Shown one piece after another: positions 53,110-62,871 of a DNA stretch of 64,000 bases. Every line of letters starts with the position of its first letter. Position 1 is the first letter of the stretch. Position numbers and translations under genes: made by a program. Location: NCBI GenBank assembly GCA_043811535.1, contig JBDRNC010000023.1, positions 2,216 to 66,215 on the forward strand, in the 5' to 3' direction. The DNA is from Elusimicrobiota bacterium (GTDB lineage Bacteria; Elusimicrobiota; Endomicrobiia; Endomicrobiales; JBDRNC01). Below the pieces are notes generated by a model. The model did not search any database, had not been told where the DNA came from, and was given only the letters and a program-made list of their open reading frames with translations.

Positions 53110-55859
53110 AGAATACCGGATTTTTAACCATGGTATTGGCCTTTACTTTTGTGCTTTCGACTGCGCAGGCAAAAACCGAGAAGCTTAATGTTGCCGGCAT
53201 CACGGCTTCATCGCTTGAGAACGGCAAGCAGGAAATGGCGGCAGAGAACGCAATTGACGGCAACGTTTCCACAAGGTGGGCATCCGAGTGGGCCGACCCG
53301 CAGTGGATAGCGTGCGACCTCGGCGCGGAAAAGGAGTTCAACCTCGTTAAAATACTCTGGGAAAGCGCTTTTGCTGAGAATTACGACATTCAGGTTTCAA
53401 ACAATCAGGCGGACTGGAATACCGTTTATTCGAAGACCGGAGGCAGCGGGTCACAGGATATCTGCCCGCTCGGAAAGCAAAAGGCGCGATACGTGAGGAT
53501 ACTGGGCAAAAAGCGCGGAACACAATGGGGATACTCAATTCTTGAATTGGAAGTAGACAATTACGTTTCAGGCGCCTTCTCACCGCCTGAAAAGGTAGAA
53601 TCCCTAACAGGCAATAAGGTCATGGTCATCAGATGGAGCCCCAAAAAGGAAAACGAGGATATCTACGCGTACAATATCTATCGCTGCGAAAATCCTATAA
53701 AAACGGACAATAACTACAAAAAAATAAACGAAACGCCGGTAGATAAAAATGAATACTGCGACAGGGACATAAAGGACAAAACCGCCTATTCTTATCTTGT
53801 AAAATCCATTGATTACGCGGGAAAGGAAAGCAAAAATTCGGGTGAAATGACGATCGTTACCGCTTTTATCAGCGAAAAGGGCACATATCTGGACGCTTCG
53901 CTTGATGTTGAGCAGAGAGTTAATGACCTTGTATCCAGAATGTCGCTGGAAGAAAAAATCGAACAGCTGGGCGGCACGCTTAAAGGGCGCGAGGGCTATG
54001 ACGACATGTCAAATCCCAGGAACAACCGGCTGGGCATACCGCCCATCAAATGCACCGACGGGCCGTGGGGCGTAAGGTGGGGCGATGCCACCGCTTTCCC
54101 TGTCTCCATAGCCGTCGCGGCCAGCTGGGATATAAAGCTCGCAGAGAAAGTAGGCGCGGGGATAGGCAGCGAAGTCAGGGCCAAAGGCAGGAACACCAGT
54201 TTGGGCCCGTGTTTCAACATCGCCAGGGACCCCAGGGGCGGGAGAGTGCATGAAGGTTTCGGCGAGGACCCGTACCTGGCGTCAGAGATAGCCGTTGCCA
54301 CCATAAAGGGCGTTCAGAGCCGGAAAGTCATCGCTACAGCGAAACATTTCGCGTGCAACAATAAGGAAGACGGCAGGTTCGGCGGCCCTGTAGTGATAGA
54401 CGAGATAACGCTCAGAGAAATATATCTTCCGGCTTTTGAAGCAGCCGTAAAGAAAGGCGGCGCTTGGTCCATAATGTCGGCGCATAATAAAGTCAACGCA
54501 ACTTACTGCGCCGAGAACAAGCATTTACTCAGGGACATATTGAAAGACGAATGGGGGTTCAAGGGTTTTGTAATGTGCGACTGGGGCGGATGTTACAGCG
54601 CGGCAAATTCGGCCAATTACGGACTGGATCTTGAGATGCCTTACGGCATATATTACGGCAAACCGCTGGAAGAGGCGGTGCGCGGCGGCGCAGTCAAGGA
54701 AGAAGTGATAGACGATATGGTCCGCAGGATGCTGCGGCCGAGATTCTGGGCGGGATTGTTCGAAGAAGAGGCGAAGGAAGACCCGTCGGTCTTTACAAGC
54801 CGGGAACACAAGGAACTGGCGCTGGAAGCGGCAAGGGAATCCATCGTTCTTCTGAAAAATGAAGGGAATCTTCTCCCGATAGACAAGAACAAGGTCAAAA
54901 AGATAGCAGTCATAGGCCCGGGCGCTAAACTTGGATGCGCCGGAGAGGATCTCGGCAGCGGTCAGGTATACCCGCTTTACGCGGTGACGCCTCTCGACGG
55001 CATAAAGAACAAAGCCGCAGGAATCGAGATAACGGATTCCGTAAAAGACGCCGATCTTGTCATATACGTCGGCGGATTGACAAAAGCCATCGGAGGAAGG
55101 CAGGAAGGCGAAGGCATGGACAGGACCGACCTCCGCCTGCCCGGAGGCCAGGACCAGCAGATATCCGCGGCGCTCAAAGAGAATAAGAAGCTGGTTATTG
55201 TTTTAGTCGGCGGCAGCGCCGTTCTCATGGATTGGATAGATTCCGTTCCCGCGGTCGTGCAGGCCTGGTACTGCGGCCAGGAAGGCGGCAACGCTATCGC
55301 GGACGTTCTTTTCGGGGATTACAGTCCCGGCGGAAAACTGCCGCTGACATTCCCTAAATCAATGGAGCAGCTGCGCGCGTATGACTGGAATTACACGAAC
55401 GAATACAAAACAGGCGTCGGGTATCCCTACTATGAAAAAATGAAACTTGCCCCGCTGTTCCCGTTCGGCCACGGGCTGAGTTACACGAAATTCAAATACG
55501 GGAAAATGAGCGTGACACCTGCTGAAAGCGCTTCCGGGAATATAGATATCAGCGTTGAGATAGAAAACAACGGCTCCCGCGCTGGCGATGAAGTGGTCCA
55601 GCTCTACATCAAAGACGAAATAAGCGCCAGGGAAAGGCCCGTGAAAGCTCTAAGGGGATTCAAGAGAATAACTCTAAAGCCCGGAGAGAAATCCAGCGTT
55701 ACATTCAAATTGAACGCCAAGGACCTGGCCTATTACAGGGATGATATGAAACTAATCGTTGAACCGGGCGTGTTCAAGGCGATGATAGGAAGTTCGTCCG
55801 CCGACATAAGATGCGAGAAGACCTTTAAAATATCGAAGGAGATCCTGGATCCGAAGTAA
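53106..55859 (+). CDS. Secreted discoidin + Fn3 + GH3 beta-glucosidase
   Basis: 'TRWASEWADPQWIACDLG', 'KHFACNN', 'GFVMCDWGG', and the Fn3-like C-terminus 'GHGLSYTKF'. Confidence 0.85.
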   Translation: MKNTGFLTMVLAFTFVLSTAQAKTEKLNVAGITASSLENGKQEMAAENAIDGNVSTRWASEWADPQWIACDLGAEKEFNLVKILWESAFAENYDIQVSNNQADWNTVYSKTGGSGSQDICPLGKQKARYVRILGKKRGTQWGYSILELEVDNYVSGAFSPPEKVESLTGNKVMVIRWSPKKENEDIYAYNIYRCENPIKTDNNYKKINETPVDKNEYCDRDIKDKTAYSYLVKSIDYAGKESKNSGEMTIVTAFISEKGTYLDASLDVEQRVNDLVSRMSLEEKIEQLGGTLKGREGYDDMSNPRNNRLGIPPIKCTDGPWGVRWGDATAFPVSIAVAASWDIKLAEKVGAGIGSEVRAKGRNTSLGPCFNIARDPRGGRVHEGFGEDPYLASEIAVATIKGVQSRKVIATAKHFACNNKEDGRFGGPVVIDEITLREIYLPAFEAAVKKGGAWSIMSAHNKVNATYCAENKHLLRDILKDEWGFKGFVMCDWGGCYSAANSANYGLDLEMPYGIYYGKPLEEAVRGGAVKEEVIDDMVRRMLRPRFWAGLFEEEAKEDPSVFTSREHKELALEAARESIVLLKNEGNLLPIDKNKVKKIAVIGPGAKLGCAGEDLGSGQVYPLYAVTPLDGIKNKAAGIEITDSVKDADLVIYVGGLTKAIGGRQEGEGMDRTDLRLPGGQDQQISAALKENKKLVIVLVGGSAVLMDWIDSVPAVVQAWYCGQEGGNAIADVLFGDYSPGGKLPLTFPKSMEQLRAYDWNYTNEYKTGVGYPYYEKMKLAPLFPFGHGLSYTKFKYGKMSVTPAESASGNIDISVEIENNGSRAGDEVVQLYIKDEISARERPVKALRGFKRITLKPGEKSSVTFKLNAKDLAYYRDDMKLIVEPGVFKAMIGSSSADIRCEKTFKISKEILDPK

Positions 55860-55862
55860 CTT

Positions 55863-58607
55863 ATGAAAAACTCTCGTCTGCCTTTTAAAAGTATTCTGGC
55901 GCTGGGCTGTTTGTTTGCAATTGTCCAATTATCCTTCGCCGTCAGTGAAAGGCTAAAAATCCTGAAAGCCACCGCTTCGTCAGTGGAAAACGGCAACGCC
56001 GGGCTTGCGGCCGAAAATACGCTTGACGGCGATGTTTCCACGAGATGGGCCTCCGACTGGAAGGATCCGCAGTGGATAATGTACGATTTCGGCTCTCAGA
56101 AGTCTTTCAATGCCGTTTCCATTTTATGGGAAAACGCATACGGCAAGGCATACAGCATCCAGGTATCGGACAACGCGCTTAACTGGAAAGTTGTTTTCAA
56201 CGAAAATGACAGCGACGGCCAGACGGACAACATAGTGTTCGAAAGGCAAAGAGCCAGGTATGTGCGCGTGTTCTGCACAAAAAGGGCTACCCCATGGGGG
56301 TGTTCAATGAAAGAGTTCAAAGCGATAGACAGCGACGCCGAAAAGTCCGTTCCGCCCGCAAACATCAACATACTCAAAGGCGACAATACCCTGGCGCTTG
56401 AATGGGGGATGAGCCCGGAAGCGGACGTCAGCAAATACAATATCTACCGCTCGGAGAACGAAACCGGGGGCTACCAGAAAATCGCGGAGCAGCAGGTTGA
56501 GGACACGTCATTCGTGGATAAATCGCTGGTTTCCGGTCAGACCTATTACTACCGCATAAGGGCCGTGGATTTTCTCGGCAACGAAAGCGAACCTTCAAAA
56601 ACGATATCGGCGAAAGCCTCATCCATAGAAAAGAAAGGGACATACCTTGATCCTGCCTTATCTTCTGATAAAAGGGCTAAGGACCTTCTTGCGCGAATGA
56701 CTCTTGAAGAGAAGGTAGAACAGATGGGCGGCATCCTCAATTCCGACGACATGACATCCTGCGGCAACGAAAGGCTTGGCATACCGTCAATCAAATGCGC
56801 CGACGGCCCGTGGGGCGTCAGGTGGCAAAACGGGACGGCTTTTCCTGTCTCCATTGCGGTCGCGGCTACCTGGGATCCTGAAATTGCGCGAAAAATCGGC
56901 GTAGCGATGGCAAGGGAACTCAAGGCCAAGGGCCGCAACATGAGTTTGGGCCCGTGCCTGAATCTGTGCAGGGACCCGAGAGGCGGCAGGGTGCATGAAG
57001 GTTTCGGAGAAGACCCGTTCCTGGCGTCCAGAATGGCCGTGGCGGCAATCACGGGCCTGCAGAGCGAGAAAGTAATTGCCACTCCAAAACATTACGCATG
57101 CAACAACAGGGAACGCGAAAGGGATGGCGGTCCCGTGGAGATTGACGAGCGCACTTTGAAAGAACTCTATCTCAGGGCGTTCAGAGCATGCGTCAAGGAA
57201 GGGCAGGCGTGGTCAATAATGGGCGCATATAACAAGATAAACGGCGAATTCTCGTGCGCGAACAAGCATATATTAAAGGATATCCTTAAGGACGAATGGG
57301 GATTCAAGGGTTTCGTGATATCGGACTGGTACGCGGTGCATGAAACTTCCAAATCCGCCGTCGCGGGCCTTGACCTTGAAATGCCTTTCGCGAAGTTTTA
57401 CGGCGAAAGCCTGCTGGGAGCCGTCAGGAGCGGAGCTGTCCCTGAGGCCGACATTGACGACAGTGTTAGAAGGCTCCTCTGGGCCAAGTTCCAGGCAGGC
57501 CTTTTTGAGCCGCAGGAGAATGTCCCGCCGTCGGTTGTTGAATCAAAAGAACACATAGCGCTGGCGAAGGAAGCGGGGAGAAAATCCATAGTCCTGCTCA
57601 AAAACAAGGATAATTTCCTGCCTCTCGACAAAAACAAGCCGCTTAAGATAGCTGTGACCGGGCCAAGCGCCAAGTTAACCACCGCCGGCATGGATCTGGG
57701 AAGCGGTCAGGTGAACCCTTCATATTCAGTTTCGCCGCTGGATGGAATGAAACGCTACATTTCCGGCAATATAAAAATAGTGGAGTCCGTGCAGGACGCC
57801 GATATTGTCGTTTTTTGCGCCGGGCTGAGCAGGGACATAGCCGGCCGCGTGGAAGGCGAAGGAATGGACAGGGAAGACCTTACCCTTCCGGGAAATCAGG
57901 ATAAAATGATAAGGGAAACAATCGCAAAAAACAAGAACGTGGTTGTCGTGCTGATCGGCGGCAGCGCGGTTGGGATGAACCAGTGGCTTGGTTCGGTCCC
58001 GGCGGTCGTTCAGGCGTGGTATTGCGGGCAGGAGGGCGGGAATGTCATAGCCGAAGTGCTTTTTGGGGATTATAATCCCGGCGGCAAACTGCCCATCACT
58101 TTCCCGATGTCCTCGGTCTCTCTTCCTGATTTCGGCTGGAACTATGTTGATGAATATAAGAAGGGAATAGGATACATGTATTTCGATAAGGAAGAGAAAG
58201 AGCCGCTTTTTCCGTTCGGGCACGGCTTGAGCTATACTAAATTCGCTTATTCCAACCTGTTGATAACGCCCGCGGAAACAAGCAGCGCAAACGTCAGCGT
58301 GAAGGTAGACGTGAAGAATACCGGCGGAAAAGCAGGCGATGAAGTCGTGCAATTATACATCGGCGGGGGAGAAAGCAAAATCGAAAGGCCCGTCAAGCTG
58401 TTGAAAGCGTTTAAGAGGATTACACTGTCTCCGGGCGAGTCAAAAACCGTAACTTTCAAGCTGACGCCGGAAGACCTGGCCCGCTACGGCGCCGATATGA
58501 AATACATCGTTGAACCCGGCGCTTACAAGGCCATGGTGGGCGGCTCGTCAAAGGATATCCGCCTGACCGGGGACTTTAATATCAGCAAGACAATATCTGT
58601 CAGATGA
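55863..58607 (+). CDS. Secreted discoidin + Fn3 + GH3 beta-glucosidase (tandem paralog)
   Basis: Collinear with 53106-55859 along its whole length. 'TRWASDWKDPQWIMYDFG', 'KHYACNN' and 'GFVISDWYA'. Confidence 0.85.
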   Translation: MKNSRLPFKSILALGCLFAIVQLSFAVSERLKILKATASSVENGNAGLAAENTLDGDVSTRWASDWKDPQWIMYDFGSQKSFNAVSILWENAYGKAYSIQVSDNALNWKVVFNENDSDGQTDNIVFERQRARYVRVFCTKRATPWGCSMKEFKAIDSDAEKSVPPANINILKGDNTLALEWGMSPEADVSKYNIYRSENETGGYQKIAEQQVEDTSFVDKSLVSGQTYYYRIRAVDFLGNESEPSKTISAKASSIEKKGTYLDPALSSDKRAKDLLARMTLEEKVEQMGGILNSDDMTSCGNERLGIPSIKCADGPWGVRWQNGTAFPVSIAVAATWDPEIARKIGVAMARELKAKGRNMSLGPCLNLCRDPRGGRVHEGFGEDPFLASRMAVAAITGLQSEKVIATPKHYACNNRERERDGGPVEIDERTLKELYLRAFRACVKEGQAWSIMGAYNKINGEFSCANKHILKDILKDEWGFKGFVISDWYAVHETSKSAVAGLDLEMPFAKFYGESLLGAVRSGAVPEADIDDSVRRLLWAKFQAGLFEPQENVPPSVVESKEHIALAKEAGRKSIVLLKNKDNFLPLDKNKPLKIAVTGPSAKLTTAGMDLGSGQVNPSYSVSPLDGMKRYISGNIKIVESVQDADIVVFCAGLSRDIAGRVEGEGMDREDLTLPGNQDKMIRETIAKNKNVVVVLIGGSAVGMNQWLGSVPAVVQAWYCGQEGGNVIAEVLFGDYNPGGKLPITFPMSSVSLPDFGWNYVDEYKKGIGYMYFDKEEKEPLFPFGHGLSYTKFAYSNLLITPAETSSANVSVKVDVKNTGGKAGDEVVQLYIGGGESKIERPVKLLKAFKRITLSPGESKTVTFKLTPEDLARYGADMKYIVEPGAYKAMVGGSSKDIRLTGDFNISKTISVR

Positions 58608-58632
58608 GCGCCGCTATTTGATATTAGACGTA

Positions 58633-58781
58633 TCCCCCTCCTTTGTAAGAAGGGGTTAGGGGAGATTTTCACAACCAAATCCCCCTGTCTCCCCCTTTAA
58701 GAAAGGGGGAATAAATTATGTGTGACCTTCCCCCATAGAAGGGGGAAGGTGAATGTTAGAAACAGTTTAAAGGAGAACTCA
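58633..58781. repeat. G/C-rich composite hairpin cassette abutting the start codon of the GH15-like gene
   Basis: Hairpins tcccccttt/aaaggggga (58690-58710) and ccttccccc/gggggaagg (58726-58749), plus a 32-nt SD-bearing tail homologous to 16322-16353. Confidence 0.75.
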
Positions 58782-61526
58782 ATGAAATTCAGGAAATCGG
58801 CGGTCCTGTCATCAATCATTTGCTTAAGCGTATTTTTGGGCGGCATGGCAGCGGCGGAGGAAGGAATCAAGCCGGTTTCCGTGAAAGCTTCATCTTTTGA
58901 AAAGGGCCTGAAGCCGGAAAACACGATTGACAACAACGACGGCACCCGCTGGGGCAGTGTTTTCGCGGACCCCCAGTGGATAATGTACGACCTCGGAAAG
59001 GAAACCGCGGTCCAGAAAATCTTCATCAGCTGGGAAGACGCCCACGCCAAGACCTACCAGCTCCAGGCCTCAAACGACGCGAAGAATTGGCGCATACTTT
59101 ACTACACTGACGACTGCCGCGGCGGCAAGGAAACGCCGGCGTTCAATGCGGTAAAGGCAAGATATATCAGGATTTTCGGAATAGCGCGCAAGACTAACTG
59201 GGGATATTCCATCAAGGAAGTTAAAATATTTACCTCATCCGATAAACCCGCGGAGCTGTCGTCTTTCGATGAATTCAGCGCCGCGTCCATATTGAAACTC
59301 GCGCAGGAATCTCCCAAAACCTATTACAGTCTCGTGACCGGGCTTTCGCAGGCGAAGTATTACCCGCTTTACATGGACAAGAAACAGGGTTATTACACTG
59401 TCGTTGGAACCGAAAAAGGTTTCGGCGAGAGCGCCGTATGCGAGGACGGCACGATTGACGCGGGAAGCAAGAAGTTCTCGGTCATACCCTATGTCTATTC
59501 CGAAGGCGAACTGATAGCCGTAACGGACCTTAAGCCGGAATACTCGCTTGAAGACGGATACCTTCCTATACCTATTATCAAAGGAAATTATAAAGGCGTT
59601 GATTTCACGCAGAAGGTCTTTGATTACGAAAACGGCGGCAGGGACGGCGCGATTATATGGTACAAGCTCATCAATAAAGGAAAAAAGGCCGTCAGCGGGA
59701 AGTTCTTTATGACTGTCAGGCCTTTTGAGGTCAACCCATACTGGCAGAGCGGCGGCCTGGTGGACGTTTTCAGCATAGAAAGCGATTCAGCGAAAAACAT
59801 TACGGTCAACAGCAGGGACCTGCTGTGCTGCTCGGAAAACTTCAATAACTTCGCCGCCTTCAGCTACCAGGAAGGCGACATTATAGATTTTTTGAAGAAG
59901 GGACAGCTAATCCCAAAGATGAAAAACGCTTATGACCCGCTCGGCGGCGCCTCGGGCGCTCTGGAATACGCTCTTGAAATTCCCGCGGGCGGCGAAAAGG
60001 AGTTCTTTTTCGCGATACCCTTCGGCAATCCGCCCGTTCCCGTAAATATCACCCCGTCAGCCGCGGTGAAATATTTTGAGATTGCGAAAGCAAGGTGGAA
60101 AGAGAAACTGAACAGGATAAAGATATCCCTGCCCGACAAAAAACCGTTCGACGTCTTCCGGTCAAACATCGCGTATATACTGATAAACAGGGACGGCCCG
60201 GCTGTCCAGGGGGGCTCGAGAAATTACGAGAGAGTCTGGATGAGGGACGGCGCCGAGATAGGAGTCGCACTTTTAAGGGCGGGATTCAAGGATGATGTCA
60301 GGGATTACATAGACTGGGTCTCGGATCGCGCTATTCTGCACAACGGCGAAGCGCTCGGAATGATAAACGCCGACGGCAGCGCCTGGGACTGGGGAAAAGT
60401 CCTGAACGAATACGACGGTCAGGGATGCTATATATTCCTCGTGTCTGAATACTACAGGTTCACTAAAGATAAAGAGTTCCTGAAATCCAAGTTCCCTTAC
60501 ATCATTAAGGCCGCGAAGTTCATAAAAACCCTGCGCGGTCAGGAAATGAGAGATGAATTAAAGAACGGTTCCGCCGAGAAGAAGAGATTTTACGGCATAC
60601 TGCCGATATCCGTAAGCCATGAAGGATACGTGGCGCCCGGCCAGCATTCCTACTGGGATGACTTCTGGGCGTTAAGGGGGCTGAAAGACGCCAGAGAGAT
60701 GGCGCTTGTCCTTGGAGAAACGGAAAACGCGAAATGGCTAGGAGACGAGGAAAAAGACCTGAGGAAATGCCTGCTTGATTCCATCAAGTACGCGCAGGAA
60801 TTCGCGAAAATCGATTTTATTCCCGGATGCGCCGATCTCGGCGACTTTGACCCCTGTTCCCTGGCAATCAGCGCCTGGCCTACGGAGGAATCGCAGTACC
60901 TGCCGGATTCCGCCCTGCTGAAAACCATGGACAGATGGTATGACGAGGTTTACCTGCCGGTAAGAATGGACGGCAAAAAGAAAGTTGACCTGCTCCCGTA
61001 CGAAATGAGGATGGCTAATGCATACCTCATGCTGGACATGAAGCCGAAGACGCTGGCAATGTTTAACTACTATCTGCCGCTGGTAAGGCCTTACGGCTGG
61101 AACCACTGGGGCGAGGTAGTATACAATGATTACCGCGAGCCGAAATACGTCGGCGACATGCCTCATTCATGGGTAGGCGGCATTTTTGTAAACTTCCTGA
61201 GGAACATGTTCGCTTATGAAAGATACGGAAAACTCGTGCTGGGCGCCGGGATAGACGAGAAGTGGCTTGAAAAAGGCGACGAGATATCCGCCGAGAACCT
61301 GCCCACGAGTTTCGGCACGGTTACGCTGAAGATTAAGAAGCAGGGTAAAACGCTGAAAGTCAGCGTTACCGGCGACGCCAAACCCGAAAACGGTTTTGTA
61401 TTCAAATCCCCGTTCCTGAAAGGGAAAATATCCGGAGTCGCGCTCAACGGCGCCAAGACTGACAAATTCACCGGTTCGGAAGTCACGTTTAGCCAGCTGC
61501 CGGCTGAGATAGTAATTAATTATTGA
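58782..61526 (+). CDS. Secreted discoidin domain + beta-sandwich + (alpha/alpha)6 glycosidase-like domain (GH15 glucoamylase/trehalase-like)
   Basis: 'TRWGSVFADPQWIMYDLG...YQLQASNDAKNW' is the discoidin module. 'RNYERVWMRDGAEIGVALLRAG' resembles the GH15 'Y..W.RD' motif. Confidence 0.45.
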   Translation: MKFRKSAVLSSIICLSVFLGGMAAAEEGIKPVSVKASSFEKGLKPENTIDNNDGTRWGSVFADPQWIMYDLGKETAVQKIFISWEDAHAKTYQLQASNDAKNWRILYYTDDCRGGKETPAFNAVKARYIRIFGIARKTNWGYSIKEVKIFTSSDKPAELSSFDEFSAASILKLAQESPKTYYSLVTGLSQAKYYPLYMDKKQGYYTVVGTEKGFGESAVCEDGTIDAGSKKFSVIPYVYSEGELIAVTDLKPEYSLEDGYLPIPIIKGNYKGVDFTQKVFDYENGGRDGAIIWYKLINKGKKAVSGKFFMTVRPFEVNPYWQSGGLVDVFSIESDSAKNITVNSRDLLCCSENFNNFAAFSYQEGDIIDFLKKGQLIPKMKNAYDPLGGASGALEYALEIPAGGEKEFFFAIPFGNPPVPVNITPSAAVKYFEIAKARWKEKLNRIKISLPDKKPFDVFRSNIAYILINRDGPAVQGGSRNYERVWMRDGAEIGVALLRAGFKDDVRDYIDWVSDRAILHNGEALGMINADGSAWDWGKVLNEYDGQGCYIFLVSEYYRFTKDKEFLKSKFPYIIKAAKFIKTLRGQEMRDELKNGSAEKKRFYGILPISVSHEGYVAPGQHSYWDDFWALRGLKDAREMALVLGETENAKWLGDEEKDLRKCLLDSIKYAQEFAKIDFIPGCADLGDFDPCSLAISAWPTEESQYLPDSALLKTMDRWYDEVYLPVRMDGKKKVDLLPYEMRMANAYLMLDMKPKTLAMFNYYLPLVRPYGWNHWGEVVYNDYREPKYVGDMPHSWVGGIFVNFLRNMFAYERYGKLVLGAGIDEKWLEKGDEISAENLPTSFGTVTLKIKKQGKTLKVSVTGDAKPENGFVFKSPFLKGKISGVALNGAKTDKFTGSEVTFSQLPAEIVINY

Positions 61527-61543
61527 AATTCTAAAGAAAACAT

Positions 61544-61597
61544 AAAGGGGACGGTTCTATATTTTGAATAATATGGAACCGTCCTCTTTATTTATGG
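61544..61597 (+). terminator. Intrinsic terminator, same family as 47628-47696
   Basis: aaaggggacggttctatat pairs with atatggaaccgtcctcttt (19 bp, 2 mismatches), followed by atttat. 'ataaaggggacggttctat' is identical in both copies. Confidence 0.75.
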
Positions 61598-61649
61598 CGC
61601 CGAAAAAAGTATAATCTTATTTATAAATCTATCGAATTTGGAGTTCAAA

Positions 61650-62648
61650 ATGCCTAAAACTGAAGAAAAAAAAGACCTTGCTTTAGTAGAAAAACTTAAG
61701 TCAGCTTACAAATCCATCCGCGAGCAGCTTTCAAAAGTCATTGTAGGCCAGGACGAAGTCATTGAGCAGCTGCTGACGGCGCTTTTCAGCCGCGGCCACG
61801 TATTGATAGTGGGTGTTCCGGGCCTTGCCAAGACACTTCTTATCTCAAGCCTCGCCAGCATACTTGACCTTAACTTCAAGCGCATACAGTTCACACCCGA
61901 CCTGATGCCTTCAGACATCACGGGCACCGAAGTAATAGACATGGACTCCGCGTCGGGCAAGAAATCCTTCAGGTTCGTCAAGGGCCCGCTTTTCGGCCAG
62001 ATAATCCTTGCGGACGAGATAAACAGGACGCCTCCAAAGACGCAGTCCGCCCTTCTGCAGGCGATGCAGGAATACAAGATCACGGCGGCCGGGCAGACCT
62101 ATCCCATAGAGTTGCCGTTCTTTGTGCTCGCCACGCAGAACCCTATTGAACAGGAAGGCACGTACCCGCTTCCCGAGGCCCAATTGGACAGGTTCTTCTT
62201 CCAGATAAACATCAGTTATCCTTCCTTTGAAGAAGAAAAAAAGATAATACTCCAGACGACCGGGTCGTACGAACCTGAACTGAAAAAGGTGCTTTCCGCC
62301 GACGAGATACTGCAGTTGCAGGACATAGTCCGCAGAGTCCCTGTCGCCGAACACGTCGCGGACTACGCCGTCAAGCTGGCGCGCATGACCCGCCCTGATG
62401 CCGAAGCGCCCGAGTTTGTCAGGCAGTCGGTAAGCTGGGGCGCCGGTCCGAGAGGGGCGCAGGCGCTGATACTCGGCGGCAAGGCCCGCGCGATACTCTA
62501 CGGACGCTACGCCGTATCCGTTGAAGACATAAAAGCCGTTGCCTTTCCGGGGCTCCGTCACAGGATAATAATGAGCTTCCACGGCGAAGCCGAGGGGATG
62601 AATTCCGAACAGCTCATTACAAAACTGATGGCAGAAGCAGAGAAATAA
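61650..62648 (+). CDS. moxR: MoxR-family AAA+ ATPase
   Basis: 'VLIVGVPGLAKT', 'ILADEINRTPPKTQSALLQAMQE' and 'VLATQNPIEQEGTYPLPEAQLDRF'. Confidence 0.9.
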   Translation: MPKTEEKKDLALVEKLKSAYKSIREQLSKVIVGQDEVIEQLLTALFSRGHVLIVGVPGLAKTLLISSLASILDLNFKRIQFTPDLMPSDITGTEVIDMDSASGKKSFRFVKGPLFGQIILADEINRTPPKTQSALLQAMQEYKITAAGQTYPIELPFFVLATQNPIEQEGTYPLPEAQLDRFFFQINISYPSFEEEKKIILQTTGSYEPELKKVLSADEILQLQDIVRRVPVAEHVADYAVKLARMTRPDAEAPEFVRQSVSWGAGPRGAQALILGGKARAILYGRYAVSVEDIKAVAFPGLRHRIIMSFHGEAEGMNSEQLITKLMAEAEK

Positions 62649-62665
62649 AAATATATTAATAGATC

Positions 62666-62863
62666 CAAATGACAAAACACAAATGATCCGACTTCACATG
62701 CGACCATCTGCTATTTATTTAACCGAAGTCCCTCTTTCGGGGAGACTCCATTATGAATATTAGTGAAATCGCAAAATATAACGCCAATATCAAAGCACAA
62801 AACTTTTTAAATTTAGATATTTGAATTTATTTTGTCATTTGAATTTTGAGCTTTGAATTTGCC
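62666..62863. repeat. Repeat-laden spacer, family I words, between moxR and the DUF58 gene
   Basis: caaatgacaaaa (62666-62677) pairs with ttttgtcatttg (62831-62842). atcaaagcacaaaa pairs with ttttgagctttgaat. About 90 nt of unrelated insert lies between them. Confidence 0.55.
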
Positions 62864-62871
62864 CTTACTAT

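Noticed and set aside
62753-62824. 23-aa ORF (MNISEIAKYNANIKAQNFLNLDI) in the moxR-DUF58 spacer.
   Set aside because: It has no SD, lies within repeat words, and has no recognisable peptide features.
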